A stretch of 64,000 bases of DNA, from positions 702,585 to 766,584 of the forward strand of contig RQSC01000027.1 of assembly GCA_013416795.1 (NCBI GenBank), given 5' to 3'. The notes below the pieces were generated by a model. That model saw only the letters and a program-made list of their open reading frames with translations. It did no database searches and was not told the DNA's origin. Source of the stretch: Prasinococcaceae sp. CCMP 1430 (lineage: Eukaryota > Plantae > Prasinodermophyta). The position numbers and the translations under genes were made by a program. Positions 21,071 to 32,942 of this stretch are shown piece by piece. Positions within the stretch are counted from its first letter, which is position 1. Every line of letters starts with the position of its first letter.

Positions 21071-22760
21071 TTATTGGGGTGTCGCGCTTCCTCCGGTGAA
21101 TGATCCACCAGCCCATTCTGGCGCGAGGACTGCCGCGCGCAAGTCATTCTGCGACATCAGGCCGTCGAATGACATGCTTTGGAGGCCAGCCAGAGTTTCG
21201 CTCATCTCTTTCTTGGGGCCCAGCTCAGCTTGGTAGGCCAACATGGGAGCCTCCTCGGGCGCCAACGCCTGCACCGCTGGTACCACGGGGGTTGCGAGCG
21301 GAGGGAGCGGCGCGCCAACGACGTCGACATCGAACCCCGAGAGGTCGTTGCCACCGAAGCTGAAGTCCGTAGGGATTCGATTCAGCAAGTTGGAAGGCGC
21401 CACAGGCACTGCGGTCACCTCGTGCGGTGGTCGCCGCGAATCCACTCCGGTCCGCTGTCCGCGTCGCGCGGAGGTCGCCTTGCGGATATGATCGACGCGT
21501 TCGCTCGCGGGGACCGGTTCCTCAGACGTCCCTGTTGAGGTTGATGTGGTGCTCAGGCCATCGCGCCGCTTTGAGGCGGCGTCGACCTTGTTGCCCTTCC
21601 CAGCCCTCCCCTTCCCCGAGCTGCGAGCCTTACCTGCGCTCGCGCCGAAGGTGCTCCCCGCGCTACCGCGCGCTCCCGTGGTCGTCAGCGCTGTCTCCGG
21701 CGAGCTCGCTTCCGCGGTCCCGTGGATCGACTCGTTGGATAGCCCGGCCGCTGCAAGCACCTTCTCGACCTCGCCCTGCATCGCGGCCGCATCCACGGGC
21801 GCGTGGCGCTGGCGTGCCCACGGCACGAATCGCGAGAAGGAAGGTTGCCGAAGCACTGAACGTTGGTTCTTGGACAGCTCGGCGAAGTTGGCCTTCTGGT
21901 CGTCCAAGGCCTTGTCGGCGGCGGAATTGTTGGCGCTAGGCGACCCGCCGCCCGCGACATTTGCCTGAGCGCCATCGCCCTTTGCGAACGCCGAGGACGC
22001 GCCGCTCCCCTGGGGGTGCCCTGTGGCGCTGGCGAACGGGTCGTGAGGACCCTCTGCAGCTGGTCCAGCCCTTTGCACCACCGAGATCGTGGCGGGCTTT
22101 CCCTGCTTGGTCACGAACGCGCGCATGTCCACCTGGGCGGACGACAAGTGCGCGTCTTCCTCCTGCGGTGCCCTGATCGGTGACTTGACCGGCGATGCGA
22201 CGGGCCGCGCGTGCGCCGCGAGTGCAGACCGCGCCTTGAACTCCATCTGCTCGAGCGAAAAGCTCCACGCGGGCGGTGGGTGCACGCTCTGGAACGCGGG
22301 CACCCCGAAGCTCGGGTCCCTCGCGACAGTGCCCACGCCTGCTGTGGTTGACATGTTCTGGTAGGGCGCGGCAGGCGCGGGTCCCCCGTTGCCGAGGCCC
22401 CCGAGCAGGCCTGTGGCGTAATTGTCCTGCACCCTTTGCGCGGCCGCCTGCGATTGGCTCGGCAAGGTCACGCTCTGCAGGTATCCCGGGTGCGCCCTGG
22501 TCGCGCGCACGTCGCCGCGGTCGCGCCCCGCGGGCGCCGTGCGGAAGGACGAGTCGCGCTGCACGAGCATTTTGCCGATCTTGACGCCCTTGCAGCATGC
22601 GCGCAGGATGCGCCGCCCCACGCCCCACGCAACGCCCCCCCGCACCACCTGCCGCCCCGGGCGCCCCGGGCGCCTCGTGCCACGGCGGGAAGGCCCCGAC
22701 CTCCGCGGGATGGGAGCGCCGGCGAGGCTCTGGCTGCGTCGACCCGGCGGCGCCGCTCCG
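21071..22760 (-). CDS. Hypothetical, largely disordered protein carrying a short UPRT-like segment
   Basis: Long ORF with coding-like bias from ~22650 downstream; contains VVRGG...LRACCKGVKIGKMLVQRD. True start and exon structure unresolved. Confidence 0.55.
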
Positions 22761-23240
22761 CAGCTGCGCGCAGGAGCGTGGCACCACGAGCAGGGCAACC
22801 AGTCCCCTAACCAACAACCGCCCCGCAGCGCCGCGCCGAGGCGGCAGCAAGGGAAGGGAAGGGAAGAGCGGGGGGGACAGGGGCGGACGCGCGCACCGGC
22901 GGCCGGCCCCGAGCCGACCGCGCCGCCCGGAGCACAGATAGATGGGCGGGCTTGAGCGGGCGCGGGGCCGCGCGCGCGGTTCCCCCATCTGCGCGGCGCC
23001 CCTCCTCGCGTCATCATCAGTCAATTTATCAAGGGCGGATGATTGGATGGATGGATAGATTGCACCAACGTAGTAATCCTGAGCTGCACTTGAAGTACCG
23101 CCACAAGATGCCACAGACAGCGCCCAACGCGGACCGACCGAGGGGAGTCGGATGCGGCGTTGCAAACGACGCCCGCCCGCCGACCAGAACCAAAAGAATG
23201 TCGATCATAGTTACACATCGAGGGGCGCGCGACGCCTCGC

Positions 23241-25668
23241 TCACGACCAGATGTCGCGCACGTATCTACCCTCCTCCTTCATCGCCTTGAGCGCCGCGGC
23301 GCTCAGCGAGCTCTCGAGCTCGGCGTGCACGTCCTTGGCCATTGCGGCGCCGTCGCCGCACACCATGATCCGCCCTGTCTCGCCGCACTCCAACAACTTC
23401 TCGTACAGCTCCTCGCCCGCTGCACGCATGCGGTGCTGCACGTACACCTTTTCCTCGCCCTCACGCGAGAACGCTACCTCGAGGCGCGTGAGTGCGCCGT
23501 CGAAACCCGCCTCCATCTCATCACCTAGGGTGCCGCAACGAGGGCCGCCGCCATGACACTTTGGGTCAGCCGCACGCGCGTGCGCTTGCGCGCAGCCAGC
23601 ACTCCCACGCGCCCCCTGTGCGCACGCCACATTGCGAGGGCACGCGCACGCAAAGCGCATGCTTACCGTACAGGAAGTCGTGGTCGCGCCGCCTGCAGCC
23701 GAAGAACAGCCACGCCGGCCCGGGTTCCACTCCCTTCTCCTCGGCGAGCTTCGCGCGCCTCTGCAGGAAGCCGCGGAAGGGAGCGACACCCGTGCCTGGT
23801 CCAATCATGACGAGCGGCGCGGCGAGGTCGTCATCGGGATGCGCGAAGGCGCCCCCGCTGTTGACGAAGACCTCCACGGTGGCCTCGCCCGCGACGAGTC
23901 CGTCAAGGTAGTTGGTGGCAACCCCGCCCTCCACTATCGAGAACGCGACGTGGCACGCCCCGTCTTCGGCTACCTGCGGGTCGTTGCACAGCGAGTAGTA
24001 CCGAGGCGCGAGTGCGGGCACGGCCTCCAGCACCACAGCGAGCGGCGGCGCGCACGAGGGGAAGCGTTCGAGCAACGCAAGCAGGTCGCAGCGCGCATCC
24101 GTCACCTCGGTGCGAAAGCGCGCCTTGTCGCCGACCAGCGCCTGCATGTCGGCGCCCTCGGCGGCGTCCGTGCAGAAGAGGGCGAGCGTCTTGGCGGTGC
24201 TCTTGCGGACTGCGCCGCAGATCTCCAACCGGCGCGAGAGCGCCTCGCGCGCGGTGCACGCAGGATACGCCTCGCCCGCGCTAAACTCTTTGTCAGCCTC
24301 CACGCCGAGCCTCGCGAGCAGCCTCTCAACCAGGGCTGGGTCGTTTGCGGGGAGCAGGCCCAGCGAGTCCCCCGGCCGCGCAGCGAGCGTGCTGCCCTCC
24401 GGCGCCGATATCTCCATGTGCACCACCCTGCGCCCGTCCGCGTGCGATGCGTCGCTCGTGAGGTCGCGCTTGGCGCTCACAAGCGCTGCGAGAGGCGCAC
24501 TCTTCGAGTACTTGCCGTCGCCGGCTACGGCGGCCACGGCCGCGGCGCGCGCCTCCGCCTGCGCAGCGCGGGCTGCCTTGGCCTCGGCAGCGTCGAGCCA
24601 CTTCAGGGGCGCCTTGACCGCCACTGCTGGCTTGCCGGGCTTGGCGGCACTCTTTCCGCCAGCGCCACCAGCGGGCGTGGTTGCGTTTGTCGAGCGCTCG
24701 GCGAGGACCTTCTTGAGAGGCTCCCAGAGGCCCTCAGTCCATGCCTCCACGATGCCCTCGATGCCATCCACCTCGTCGGCCTCTGCGCTCGGATAGAAAT
24801 GCTTGCCGCCGTAGTGCTCGAGGCGGCGGCGCACCACGCGCGGCACCTCCATGAATTTCGTGTAGTTCGAATCTCCCAGCCCGAGCGTGGTGAACGGCAC
24901 GCCTGCGAAGAGCTCGGGGCCCAGCTTGGTGCCCTTGAGCTTTTGCACGGCATTGGCGCAGTTGTCCGGGGCGTCCCCGTCGCCAGTCGAGGAAACAACC
25001 ACGACGATCGCGCCCGCCTGCACGGCTAAGTCCGGCATCTTCAAGGCGTTCATCTCCATTGCTGTGCCGCCTCCGACGTTCACACCGCGCGACGCGGCCT
25101 CGCCCGCGAGGTTCTTGGCAATCTCCTCGCAGGTGCCCGTCTGCGAGCCATACAAAAAGAACGTAGGCATGGGTTTGGCCTCGGGCTTGGGCGCCGAAGC
25201 AGCCTTCTGTGCACGCATCTTCGCCAAGATGGCGGCGCTACCAGTCAGCGCAACCGGCGCGCCGGCGGGCGTGCCGGCAGACGCGCCGCTGGGCGCTGCG
25301 GAAGCTGCGGACGCCGCCTTTTGAGCGCGCATCTTGGCGAGGAGTGCCGCGCTGCCTCCCAGGGGAGCAGCCGCGCCCTTGGTCGCGGCAACCGCGGCGG
25401 CAGGCTTGTCTGCGGGCTTCGGCTGCTCTGCCTTCTTCACCGGCGGGGTGGAGGGCGCAGGCACAGCCCGGGACGGGGCAGGCGCAGGCGCAGCCGGCGA
25501 CGGCGTGGCCGCGGGCGCGGGTGCGCTCCGCTCCGTGGAATCCGGCGAGGCCAGGCGCGGCCGCCCGCCGCCGCGCACGTGCGCGCGTGCGCACTGTCTG
25601 GTGCGCATTCTCCGCGCGCGCTCGCACGCAGCCACACGCCCGCAGCTTCCAGGCCCATTTACGCGCAA
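23241..25668 (-). CDS. MTRR: Methionine synthase reductase-like diflavin reductase (FMN, FAD, NADPH domains); intron ~23667-23527; start uncertain
   Basis: LYGSQTG, VSSTGDGDAPDN, GLGDSNY, HFYPSAEADEVDGIEGIVEAWTEGLW (MTRR-type), PRYYSL, IGPGTGVAPFRGF, LFFGCR, KVYVQH, VCGD, RYVRDIWS. No N-terminal TM anchor of the CPR type. Confidence 0.8.
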
Positions 25669-26029
25669 TAATCAATACACACAAAAACATCATATTGCGG
25701 ATCCGAAATGGCACCAGTCCCGTTTCCACTGTTGTATGTGAAGCACTGACCGGGGCGCGTGCATTTTTATTTACAGTACAGAGGTCAACAAAAAAATCGT
25801 ACGCCTCGCCAGGCGGATTTGCGCCCGCCTAAAAATCGTTCCAGCGCGCGCCGCTTCGCCAGGGCGCCCAGTTTTACCCGCGCTACTCATAGAGACTTTC
25901 CGCACCCCCGCCGCTGCAGCGAGGCGCCGTCGGCGGGGGGGGGGCAAAATTTAAATATGTTCGGGTTTCGGGAATTTTTTTCAATGGCATTTGATGTACA
26001 TCGAGCACCGTTCCCCCGCCGACGCCGCG

Positions 26030-26230
26030 ATGGCGCCGCGCAGCGTGGGCGCGACGCGCGCGTACACGCCCACGGAGGCCATCGTCGAGGACCGCGGGCT
26101 CATCCAGGGGCTCAGTAGGCGCGGTAAGACTCGTGCAGAGATTATCGACCTCCTCATGCGGGGCAAGCCCCAGCATGGGTCCAAGGGCAGCCGCGAGCGT
26201 ACGTGTGATCGCTTCCCCTTTTTCGAGTGA
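26030..26230 (+). CDS. Small hypothetical protein (66 aa)
   Basis: ATG in gccgcgATGG context, C/G-ending codon bias, directly after an AT-rich promoter-like island (25670-25990). Confidence 0.45.
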   Translation: MAPRSVGATRAYTPTEAIVEDRGLIQGLSRRGKTRAEIIDLLMRGKPQHGSKGSRERTCDRFPFFE

Positions 26231-26387
26231 TAAGGGGCGGGGGGCGTCAGCCCCGCCCTCCGTGCCCTCTTACAGTCCTGGCGCGGCGGCTCCGCGCGGA
26301 TCGGCGCGCGCCGATCCGGCGAAACGCGCGGGCGCCGAATGCGAACGGACACAGCGCGCAAAACGGCCCGGCGCGAATTGCGCCGCT

Positions 26388-26429
26388 GCGAACGCGAATG
26401 CGAATGCGAATGCGAATGCGAACGCGAAT
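26388..26429. repeat. Hexamer microsatellite (GCGAAY)x7
   Basis: GCGAAC GCGAAT GCGAAT GCGAAT GCGAAT GCGAAC GCGAAT read directly. Confidence 0.9.
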
Positions 26430-27148
26430 GCGCCTTTTGCTTTGCCTTTTGCGTGTGCGTTTGCGCGCGCGCGCTCAAACGCGCGCAGAGGCGGCGGCGG
26501 CGAGCGAGGGCGGGGGCGCGCGCGCGCGCGCCAGCGCGCGATCGCGCCGCGGCGCGCGCGCCGGGCCGACCGAGGCGGGCGCGGTACTGCACACCGCTGC
26601 TGCGCCCGACATGGCGACTTCGCGACTGCGCGAGCTGGATGCTGACTCGGGGGCTGCCACTCGGCCGCAATTGTGTGTGCTGTGGCGCTCGCGGTGCGGC
26701 GCTCGCGAGCGCCGCGCAGCGTCGCTGGCAGCCGGGCCCCGGCACGGGGGCGCCTGCGGCACGCAGCAGCCGCTCGCGCTAGGAAGAAGCTTCCTGGAGA
26801 TGAGTCGCCCGTTGGTATTTGAGAACAAGAAACGGTACACAAGTCATCTAGGCCCGGATTTGCAGCATCTTTTTTTGCCGCGCGCGCAGCTGCCGGCTGC
26901 CAGCGCGATGGCGCGCTGGCAGCCGCGTGCAGCCAGAGCGCGCGGAGGCGGCCCCGGAAACGATCCAGCAGAGCGCGGCAGCTGCGGGCGCACGCACAGG
27001 CGGTGGCGCAGGAGAGGGCCTTGAGCTCGTACGCGCGGCAGCTACAGAGTCCTCGGTCGCAAGGGGGCGACGCGCTCCGCTCCGCTCGAACCTTCCAAAC
27101 TCTCTTACGAATGCTTTGTGAGCACCGATCGCCTATCAGACCGGCCGT

Positions 27149-28747
27149 TCATAGCTTGCTGATGTCCAGCTTATCAAACTGCGAGAGAAAACCTCGCAGC
27201 GCCTCAAGGATGGGCTCGAGGCCGCCCTCGGTGTCGCTCTCGACGTTGCACACCAGCAGCGGGTCGTGCAGGCTCTTGCGCAGGAGCGCCCAACCCTGCT
27301 TGCCATCGCCCTCGTCCACGCGCACGCGCCATCCCTCGTTGTTGACCTCTTCAGACGTCCACGAAGAGGGCGCCGCGCTGCCGTTGCAAAATTCGATGAA
27401 GCGCGCAATGATGTCGTCGCCGTAGGGGCCGAAGTCATCGAGCATGATCTTCAGGCGTGCCTCCTTCGCCTCCGCGGGCTCCTTGAGGCCGTCGAGCAGT
27501 GATGCCAGGCCCTCGCCGCCGGCGCGCTTGGCGCGCGCGGCCTCGATGATCAGGCACACAGCAAGGTACGCGCCGTCGTCCAGGTAGTAGTTCTCGCGCA
27601 TGGCGCCGTGGCCGCTCGTCTCGATCATCAGAGGGCAGTCCACGCCCGCCTCGTTGAGCTCGACGCCCTTATTGATCACGTTTTTGTAGCCGCGCTTGTA
27701 GCGGCAGTGGACACCGCCGCGCGCCTTGATGAAGTCGGCGAGGCCCGCAGAGGTGACTGAGTCGGTCACTATGGTCGCCCCCGGCGAGTCGCGCAGCACC
27801 GCCGCTGACAGCGCCGCGATGAGCCTGTTGCGGTTCACCTGCTGGCCGTCGGGAAGCACGAGGCCCGAGCGGTCCACATCGGTGTCAAAGACCACGCCCA
27901 AATCCGCGCCGGCGCGCAGAACAGCGGCCGCGCAGCTCTCCATCGCCTCGGCGTCCTCAGGGTTCGGGATGTGGTTGGGAAAGGTGCCGTCGGGCTCGAG
28001 GAATTGGCTGGCGCTCACGTCTGCGCCCAACGGCTCGAGCACGCTGCCGGCGAAGAATCCGCCAGCGCCGTTGCCCGCATCGACGACGATTGCCATTCCC
28101 TCGAGCGGCCGCTCGCCCGCGCCGACGCCATCGATGATTCGCTTGCGCAGCGACGCGGCGTACGCCGGTAGGAAGTCCTCGTGCGGCGCGAGCGAGTGCT
28201 CCGATTCCTGCGGTAGCTCGTCGTCGTCAACGAGCTGCGCGGCGATGTCGAGCACTTCGGCGATGTCGGCGCTGCCAAGTCCGCCACGGCTCGTGAAGAA
28301 CTTCATGCCATTGCGGTTGAAGGGCAGGTGCGACGCCGTGAGCATGACGCCGCCGTCGAACTCGTACCCCTCCGTGATGGTGGACATGAACATCGCGGGC
28401 GTGGTCGCGAGACCGACGTCTGTCGGCATGGCACCCGCAGACCTGGCCCCGGCGGCTGCCGCGGAGGCGAGCGACTCGCCGGAGAGCCGCGAGTCGCGCC
28501 CCAACGCGACGCGAGTCTCGGCGTCGTTGGCGGTGGGTGCACGCTTCTGCAGCCAGCGCGCGAATGCCGCGCCGATCGCGGCGGCGCGCGCGGGGTTGAG
28601 GCGCACATCCTCGCCCTCCACTCCCTCGAGCGCCACGCCGCGCACGTCGGATCCGTTCTGCAGGCTGTACAGCTCGGCGTGGCGCGCGGGCCGCTCCGGC
28701 GCCATCGCGGACGCCACCGCCGCGGCCGCAGCCTCGGCCGCGTCCAC
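27149..28747 (-). CDS. Phosphoglucomutase/phosphomannomutase family protein (alpha-D-phosphohexomutase)
   Basis: LQNGSDVRG, catalytic TASHLP, metal loop FDTDVDRSG, ETSGH, WALLRKSLHDP. Confidence 0.92.
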   Translation of the reverse strand: MDAAEAAAAAVASAMAPERPARHAELYSLQNGSDVRGVALEGVEGEDVRLNPARAAAIGAAFARWLQKRAPTANDAETRVALGRDSRLSGESLASAAAAGARSAGAMPTDVGLATTPAMFMSTITEGYEFDGGVMLTASHLPFNRNGMKFFTSRGGLGSADIAEVLDIAAQLVDDDELPQESEHSLAPHEDFLPAYAASLRKRIIDGVGAGERPLEGMAIVVDAGNGAGGFFAGSVLEPLGADVSASQFLEPDGTFPNHIPNPEDAEAMESCAAAVLRAGADLGVVFDTDVDRSGLVLPDGQQVNRNRLIAALSAAVLRDSPGATIVTDSVTSAGLADFIKARGGVHCRYKRGYKNVINKGVELNEAGVDCPLMIETSGHGAMRENYYLDDGAYLAVCLIIEAARAKRAGGEGLASLLDGLKEPAEAKEARLKIMLDDFGPYGDDIIARFIEFCNGSAAPSSWTSEEVNNEGWRVRVDEGDGKQGWALLRKSLHDPLLVCNVESDTEGGLEPILEALRGFLSQFDKLDISKL

Positions 28748-28997
28748 GCGCGCGAACGCCGCGCCGCGCCCCTACGCCGGTGTGGCGCGCGGCCCGCACC
28801 GCGCCGCCTGCTCCGCTGCGCCCATAAAATATCCGCCACGACGGCTGTTGCGCGCGCAGCGTCAGCGAGGCGCTGCCGGAAGGGCCGAACACCGGCGAAA
28901 AGGCATCGAAAAGCGCATCAAAAGCGCATCCCGCGCCATCCACGTCACGCCCGCATCCGCGGAGCGCCGCAGCCCGGGTCCGGCCGCAACCACGGGC

Positions 28998-29029
28998 GAT
29001 GAGACCGGGGATGAGACCGGGGATGACCC
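28998..29029. repeat. 12-bp tandem repeat GATGAGACCGGG x~2.7
   Basis: Read directly; lies in the divergent promoter between the PGM-family gene and the 29069 gene. Confidence 0.8.
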
Positions 29030-29068
29030 CTTGTGACCGCGGCGGGTGGGGTCACCCGGGTGAGCGCG

Positions 29069-29972
29069 ATGGACCCCGTCGTACGATGGTACACCTGTCC
29101 GCGTGTGGTGTCTCGCCCGCGCGCCCAGCTCGATCGATCCATCGCGCAGCGCCTGCCGGGGTGGTGGTGCACGAGTGCCGCCGCGTGGGGGCCACACGGC
29201 CGCACGGCCAGCCAGCGCGCGCGCGCGCGCGCGCGCGCGTCGCGCGAAGCCTGTCCGCCTGTCCTTGGTACCATCTCCGCCTTTCCGTCTCTCTGTCTGT
29301 CTGTCGCGCGGTTCTTCAGTCGGTCATCCCAGTCGAGATCGGGGTTCGAGGAGGGGAGCACGCGGCGGGTGTCGGTCGGTCGGTCGGACGGTCGGTCGGT
29401 CGACGGCCGGAGCGGCGAGGCGCCCGCGCTGCGGACCCGCGATACCAGTGCGTCGCCGGCGCGCGCGCGCGGCTACAGTCTACGTGCAGTTCGCCGATGA
29501 TGACCGCGGCAAGCTGCCCTTCTTCCTCAAGGACGAGACACCCACCAAGGCGGTGCAGAATTTCGAGGAGGCCGCAATGTTCGAGGAGGAGGAGGACGAC
29601 GACGTGGTTGAGGCGCGGCTCGAGGCGCTGCGCCGCGCCGCTGTCGAGGCAAACATAGACGAGGAGGAGGAGATCGAGAGCGAGGCTATCGAGGTCATCG
29701 CCACCATGCTACCGCCGCCGTCGGCCGCCGCCGCACCACCCCCGCCCGCGCCGGACCTGCACGCGGCCGAGCCTCAGGACGCGCTGATGCACATAGAGGA
29801 TTTGGGCGGCAGCTCAAAGGCCGGGCGGGGCGGGGTGCGGGGAGGCGACCAGGAGATGAGCCTGTCCGAGTTCAAGGCGGGCGTGGCGTACCTCGCGTGG
29901 CTGCTTTGCAAGGGCAAGACGCTCGCCGATCGCGTTGACATGTTCATGTCCGTGCATTACAAGAGCGTGTGA
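29069..29972 (+). CDS. Hypothetical acidic protein, probably three exons
   Basis: Splice-consistent chain MDPV|SVIPVEIGVRGGEHAA(V)|YVQFADDDRGKLPFFL...VHYKSV*; strong codon bias in the last exon; (GGTC)n microsatellite in intron 2. Confidence 0.6.
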
Positions 29973-30098
29973 CGCGTGTCGTAAGACGTACGCCGTGCGC
30001 TCGCGCATCGTTCAAACAGCGACGGGCATCGCACGGCCGAAGCGCGCGCGCGCGCGCGCGGCGGACTATGCCACCAGCCGGGAGCGCGAGGCCTTTAC

Positions 30099-30327
30099 TT
30101 ACCTCCCCATTTTGCCGCTGTAGTAGTCATCCATCGCCTGGTGCAGCTGCTTCTGTGTGTTCATCACGAAGGGTCCCTGCGCGGCGATGGGCTCGTCCAG
30201 CGGCTCGCCTGCGAGCAGCAGCACCTGTGTGCCGCGCTGGTTTGCCGCGAGGCGCACGCTCGACGTGGCACCCTCTCCGCCCGCGCCACCGCGCTCCATG
30301 AGCGCCACCCCCTGCGCCTTGACAACG
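30099..30327 (-). CDS. Pirin family protein, C-terminal part only (rest presumably lost at the N at 30328)
   Basis: Pirin_C motif [22 protein letters not shown]...QAMDDY; the frame starts exactly at the single N. Confidence 0.8.
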
Positions 30328-30575
30328 NCAAGGGGCGCGCGAGCGCCCTCCCCCCACTCCCCTCCCCCTTCTGCGAGGCGCGGGCACGCGCGTGGCGCGC
30401 CCTCGCGGTTGCGCGCGCGTTTGAACGCGCGCGCGCACCATTGATTTTGATATGATCGGAATGAAAATGCATTTGCTTCTCCGGCTGACGCGTGTGCACC
30501 CCCTGACTGGCGCACACTCCCGCGGCCCGCCTCCCCGCGCCCGCACCCCCGTCCCAACTCGACAACCACCCGCAG

Positions 30576-32942
30576 GCTCGCCGCGCGCATCGCCGTGTCC
30601 AACCTTCACAAGAACACCAAGAAGTGCTGCAGCGAGGTGTACGTGCCGCGCGAGCGCGTGTGCGCCACGTGTCCATCGCGTGCTGTACCCGCCCCCAACC
30701 CCTCAACCCTCGCTGACCCGGCGGCCGTCCGCACCCACCCTCGCCCCCTCTCCCCCGCGCGCGCAGCGTTGAGGCCATGTACGTGCACGTCAACGAGCGC
30801 AACGGCGAGCCGGCGCCGCTCGTGTCGGAGGACGTGTACGCCATCATCAAGAAGAACGCCGACCGCCTCGACTCGGAGATCGTGTACGACCGCGACTTCG
30901 ACTACGACTTCTTCGGCTACAAGACGCTCGAGCGCTCGTACCTGCTGCGCATCAACGGCAAGATTGTCGAGCGCCCGCAGCAGATGCTCATGCGCGTGTC
31001 GGTGGGCATCCACAAGGAGAACATTGACGCCGCGATCAACACCTACCACCTGATGTCGTCGCGCTGGTTCACGCACGCGTCGCCCACGCTGTTCAACGCG
31101 GGCACGCCGCGCCCGCAGCTGTCGTCGTGCTTCCTCATCGCCATGAAGGATGACTCCATTGAGGGCATCTACGACACGCTCAAGGAGTGCGCGACGATCT
31201 CGAAGAGCGCCGGTGGGATCGGCCTCAACATGCACAACATCCGCTGCACCAACTCGTACATCCGCGGCACCAACGGCACGTCGAACGGCATCGTGCCCAT
31301 GCTGCGCGTGTTCAACGACACCGCTCGCTACGTCGACCAGGGTGGCGGCAAGCGCAAGGGCGCCTTCGCCGTGTACCTCGAGCCGTGGCACGGCGACATC
31401 TTCGAGTGGCTCGACCTGCGCAAGAACCATGGCAAGGAGGAGGCGCGCGCGCGCGACCTGTTCTACGGCCTGTGGATCCCCGACCTCTTCATGAAGCGCG
31501 TCGAGGCCGACGCCGAGTGGACGCTCTTCTGCCCCAACGAGGCCAAGGGGCTGGCCGACACCTGGGGCGAGGAGTTCGAGGCGCTCTACACCAAGTACGA
31601 GAAGGCGGGCATGGGCTACAGGACGGTGAAGGCGCAGGAGCTGTGGTTCGCCATCCTGTCGGCGCAGATCGAGACCGGCAACCCCTACATGCTCTTCAAG
31701 GACAGCTGCAACCGCAAGAGCAACCAGCAGAACTTGGGCACCATCAAGTGCTCGAACCTGTGCACTGAGATCGTCGAGTACACCTCGCCGGAGGAGACGG
31801 CTGTGTGCAACCTGGCGTCGATCGCGCTCAACCGCTTCGTGGTGCCCACCGAGGCGCTCACCGACCCCTCCGCGCGGCCGCACGGCAAGCTCCGTGGCTC
31901 GCTCGGCGCCGAGGGTCGCGCCTACGACCACAAGCGCCTGTTTGAGGTGGCGCAGACCGTCACGCGCAACCTCAACCGCATCATCGATGTCAACTACTAC
32001 CCCGTCGAGACCGCGCGCCGCTCGAACATGCGCCACCGCCCCATTGGCGTTGGCGTGCAAGGTCTCGCCGACGCATTCATCCTGCTCGGCATGCCGTTCG
32101 AGTCGGCTGAGGCGCAGAAGCTGAACTCGGAGATCTTCGAGACCCTCTACTACGCCGCGCTTCGCACCAGCTGCGATCTCGCCAAGGAGGAGGGCCCCTA
32201 CGAGACCTACGAGGGCTCGCCGATGTCCAAGGGCATCCTGCAGTTCGACATGTGGGGCGTGACGCCCACCGACCGCTGGGACTGGGACACGCTGCGCGCT
32301 GACATCGCCCAGTATGGTGTGCGCAACTCGCTGCTGCTGGCACCCATGCCCACCGCGTCGACCTCGCAGATCCTCGGCAACAACGAGTGCTTCGAGCCGT
32401 ATACCTCGAACATCTACGCCCGCCGCGTGCTTTCGGGCGAGTTCACCGTGGTAAACCAGCACCTGCTGCAGGACCTGACGGACATGGGCCTGTGGGACGA
32501 CTCGCTGAAGCAGCTGCTCATCGCGCACAACGGGTCCGTGCAGCACATCCCGCAGGTCCCTGACAAGCTGCGCGCCATCTACAAGACGGTGTGGGAGATC
32601 AAGCAGCGCGTGCTGGTTGACATGGCGGCCGACCGTGGCGCGTTCATCTGCCAGAGCCAGTCGTTCAACGTGCACATGAGCGACGCCAACTTCGGCAAGC
32701 TCACTTCGCTGCACTTCCACACGTGGCGCAAGGGCCTCAAGACGGGCACGTACTACCTCCGCACGCGCGCGGCGGCGGACGCCATCAAGTTCACCGTCGA
32801 CGCGGAGGCGCTGGCCAAGGCGAAGGAGAGCGCGAAAACCACTGAGGACAAGGCCAAGGCCGACAAGGACTACGAACAGAAGATGGCTGCGATGGTGTGC
32901 TCGCTGGAGAACAAGGACGCCTGCCTCATGTGCGGCTCCTAG
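30576..32942 (+). CDS. RNR1: Ribonucleoside-diphosphate reductase large subunit, class Ia; exon 30576-30638, intron, exon 30767-32942; first ATP-cone exon(s) missing
   Basis: [68 protein letters not shown]-terminal CLMCGS; GTACGT donor and CAG acceptor in phase. Confidence 0.97.

Noticed and set aside
22990-23230. C/D-box snoRNA candidates (ATGATGA and CTGA motifs here, at ~270-420 and at ~8500-8570)
   Set aside because: Box spacing, terminal stems and rRNA-complementary guides could not be established; isolated boxes occur by chance.
26388-29029. CRISPR-like or mobile-element repeats
   Set aside because: The repeats are short, spacer-less microsatellites or minisatellites. No cas, transposase, RT or integrase motifs, TIRs or LTRs were seen in the window.
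30090-30110. U1 snRNA-like ACTTACCT
   Set aside because: It is the reverse complement of the pirin stop region (AGGTAAGT); no further U1 sequence follows.
30099-30640. RNR1 apparently lacking most of its ATP cone (possible dATP-insensitive enzyme) next to a pirin lacking its N-terminal cupin
   Set aside because: Both truncations point to the single N at 30328. The pirin frame starts at the N and the first RNR exon begins with a splice acceptor. A collapsed gap hiding both 5' ends is the simplest explanation; long reads would settle it.
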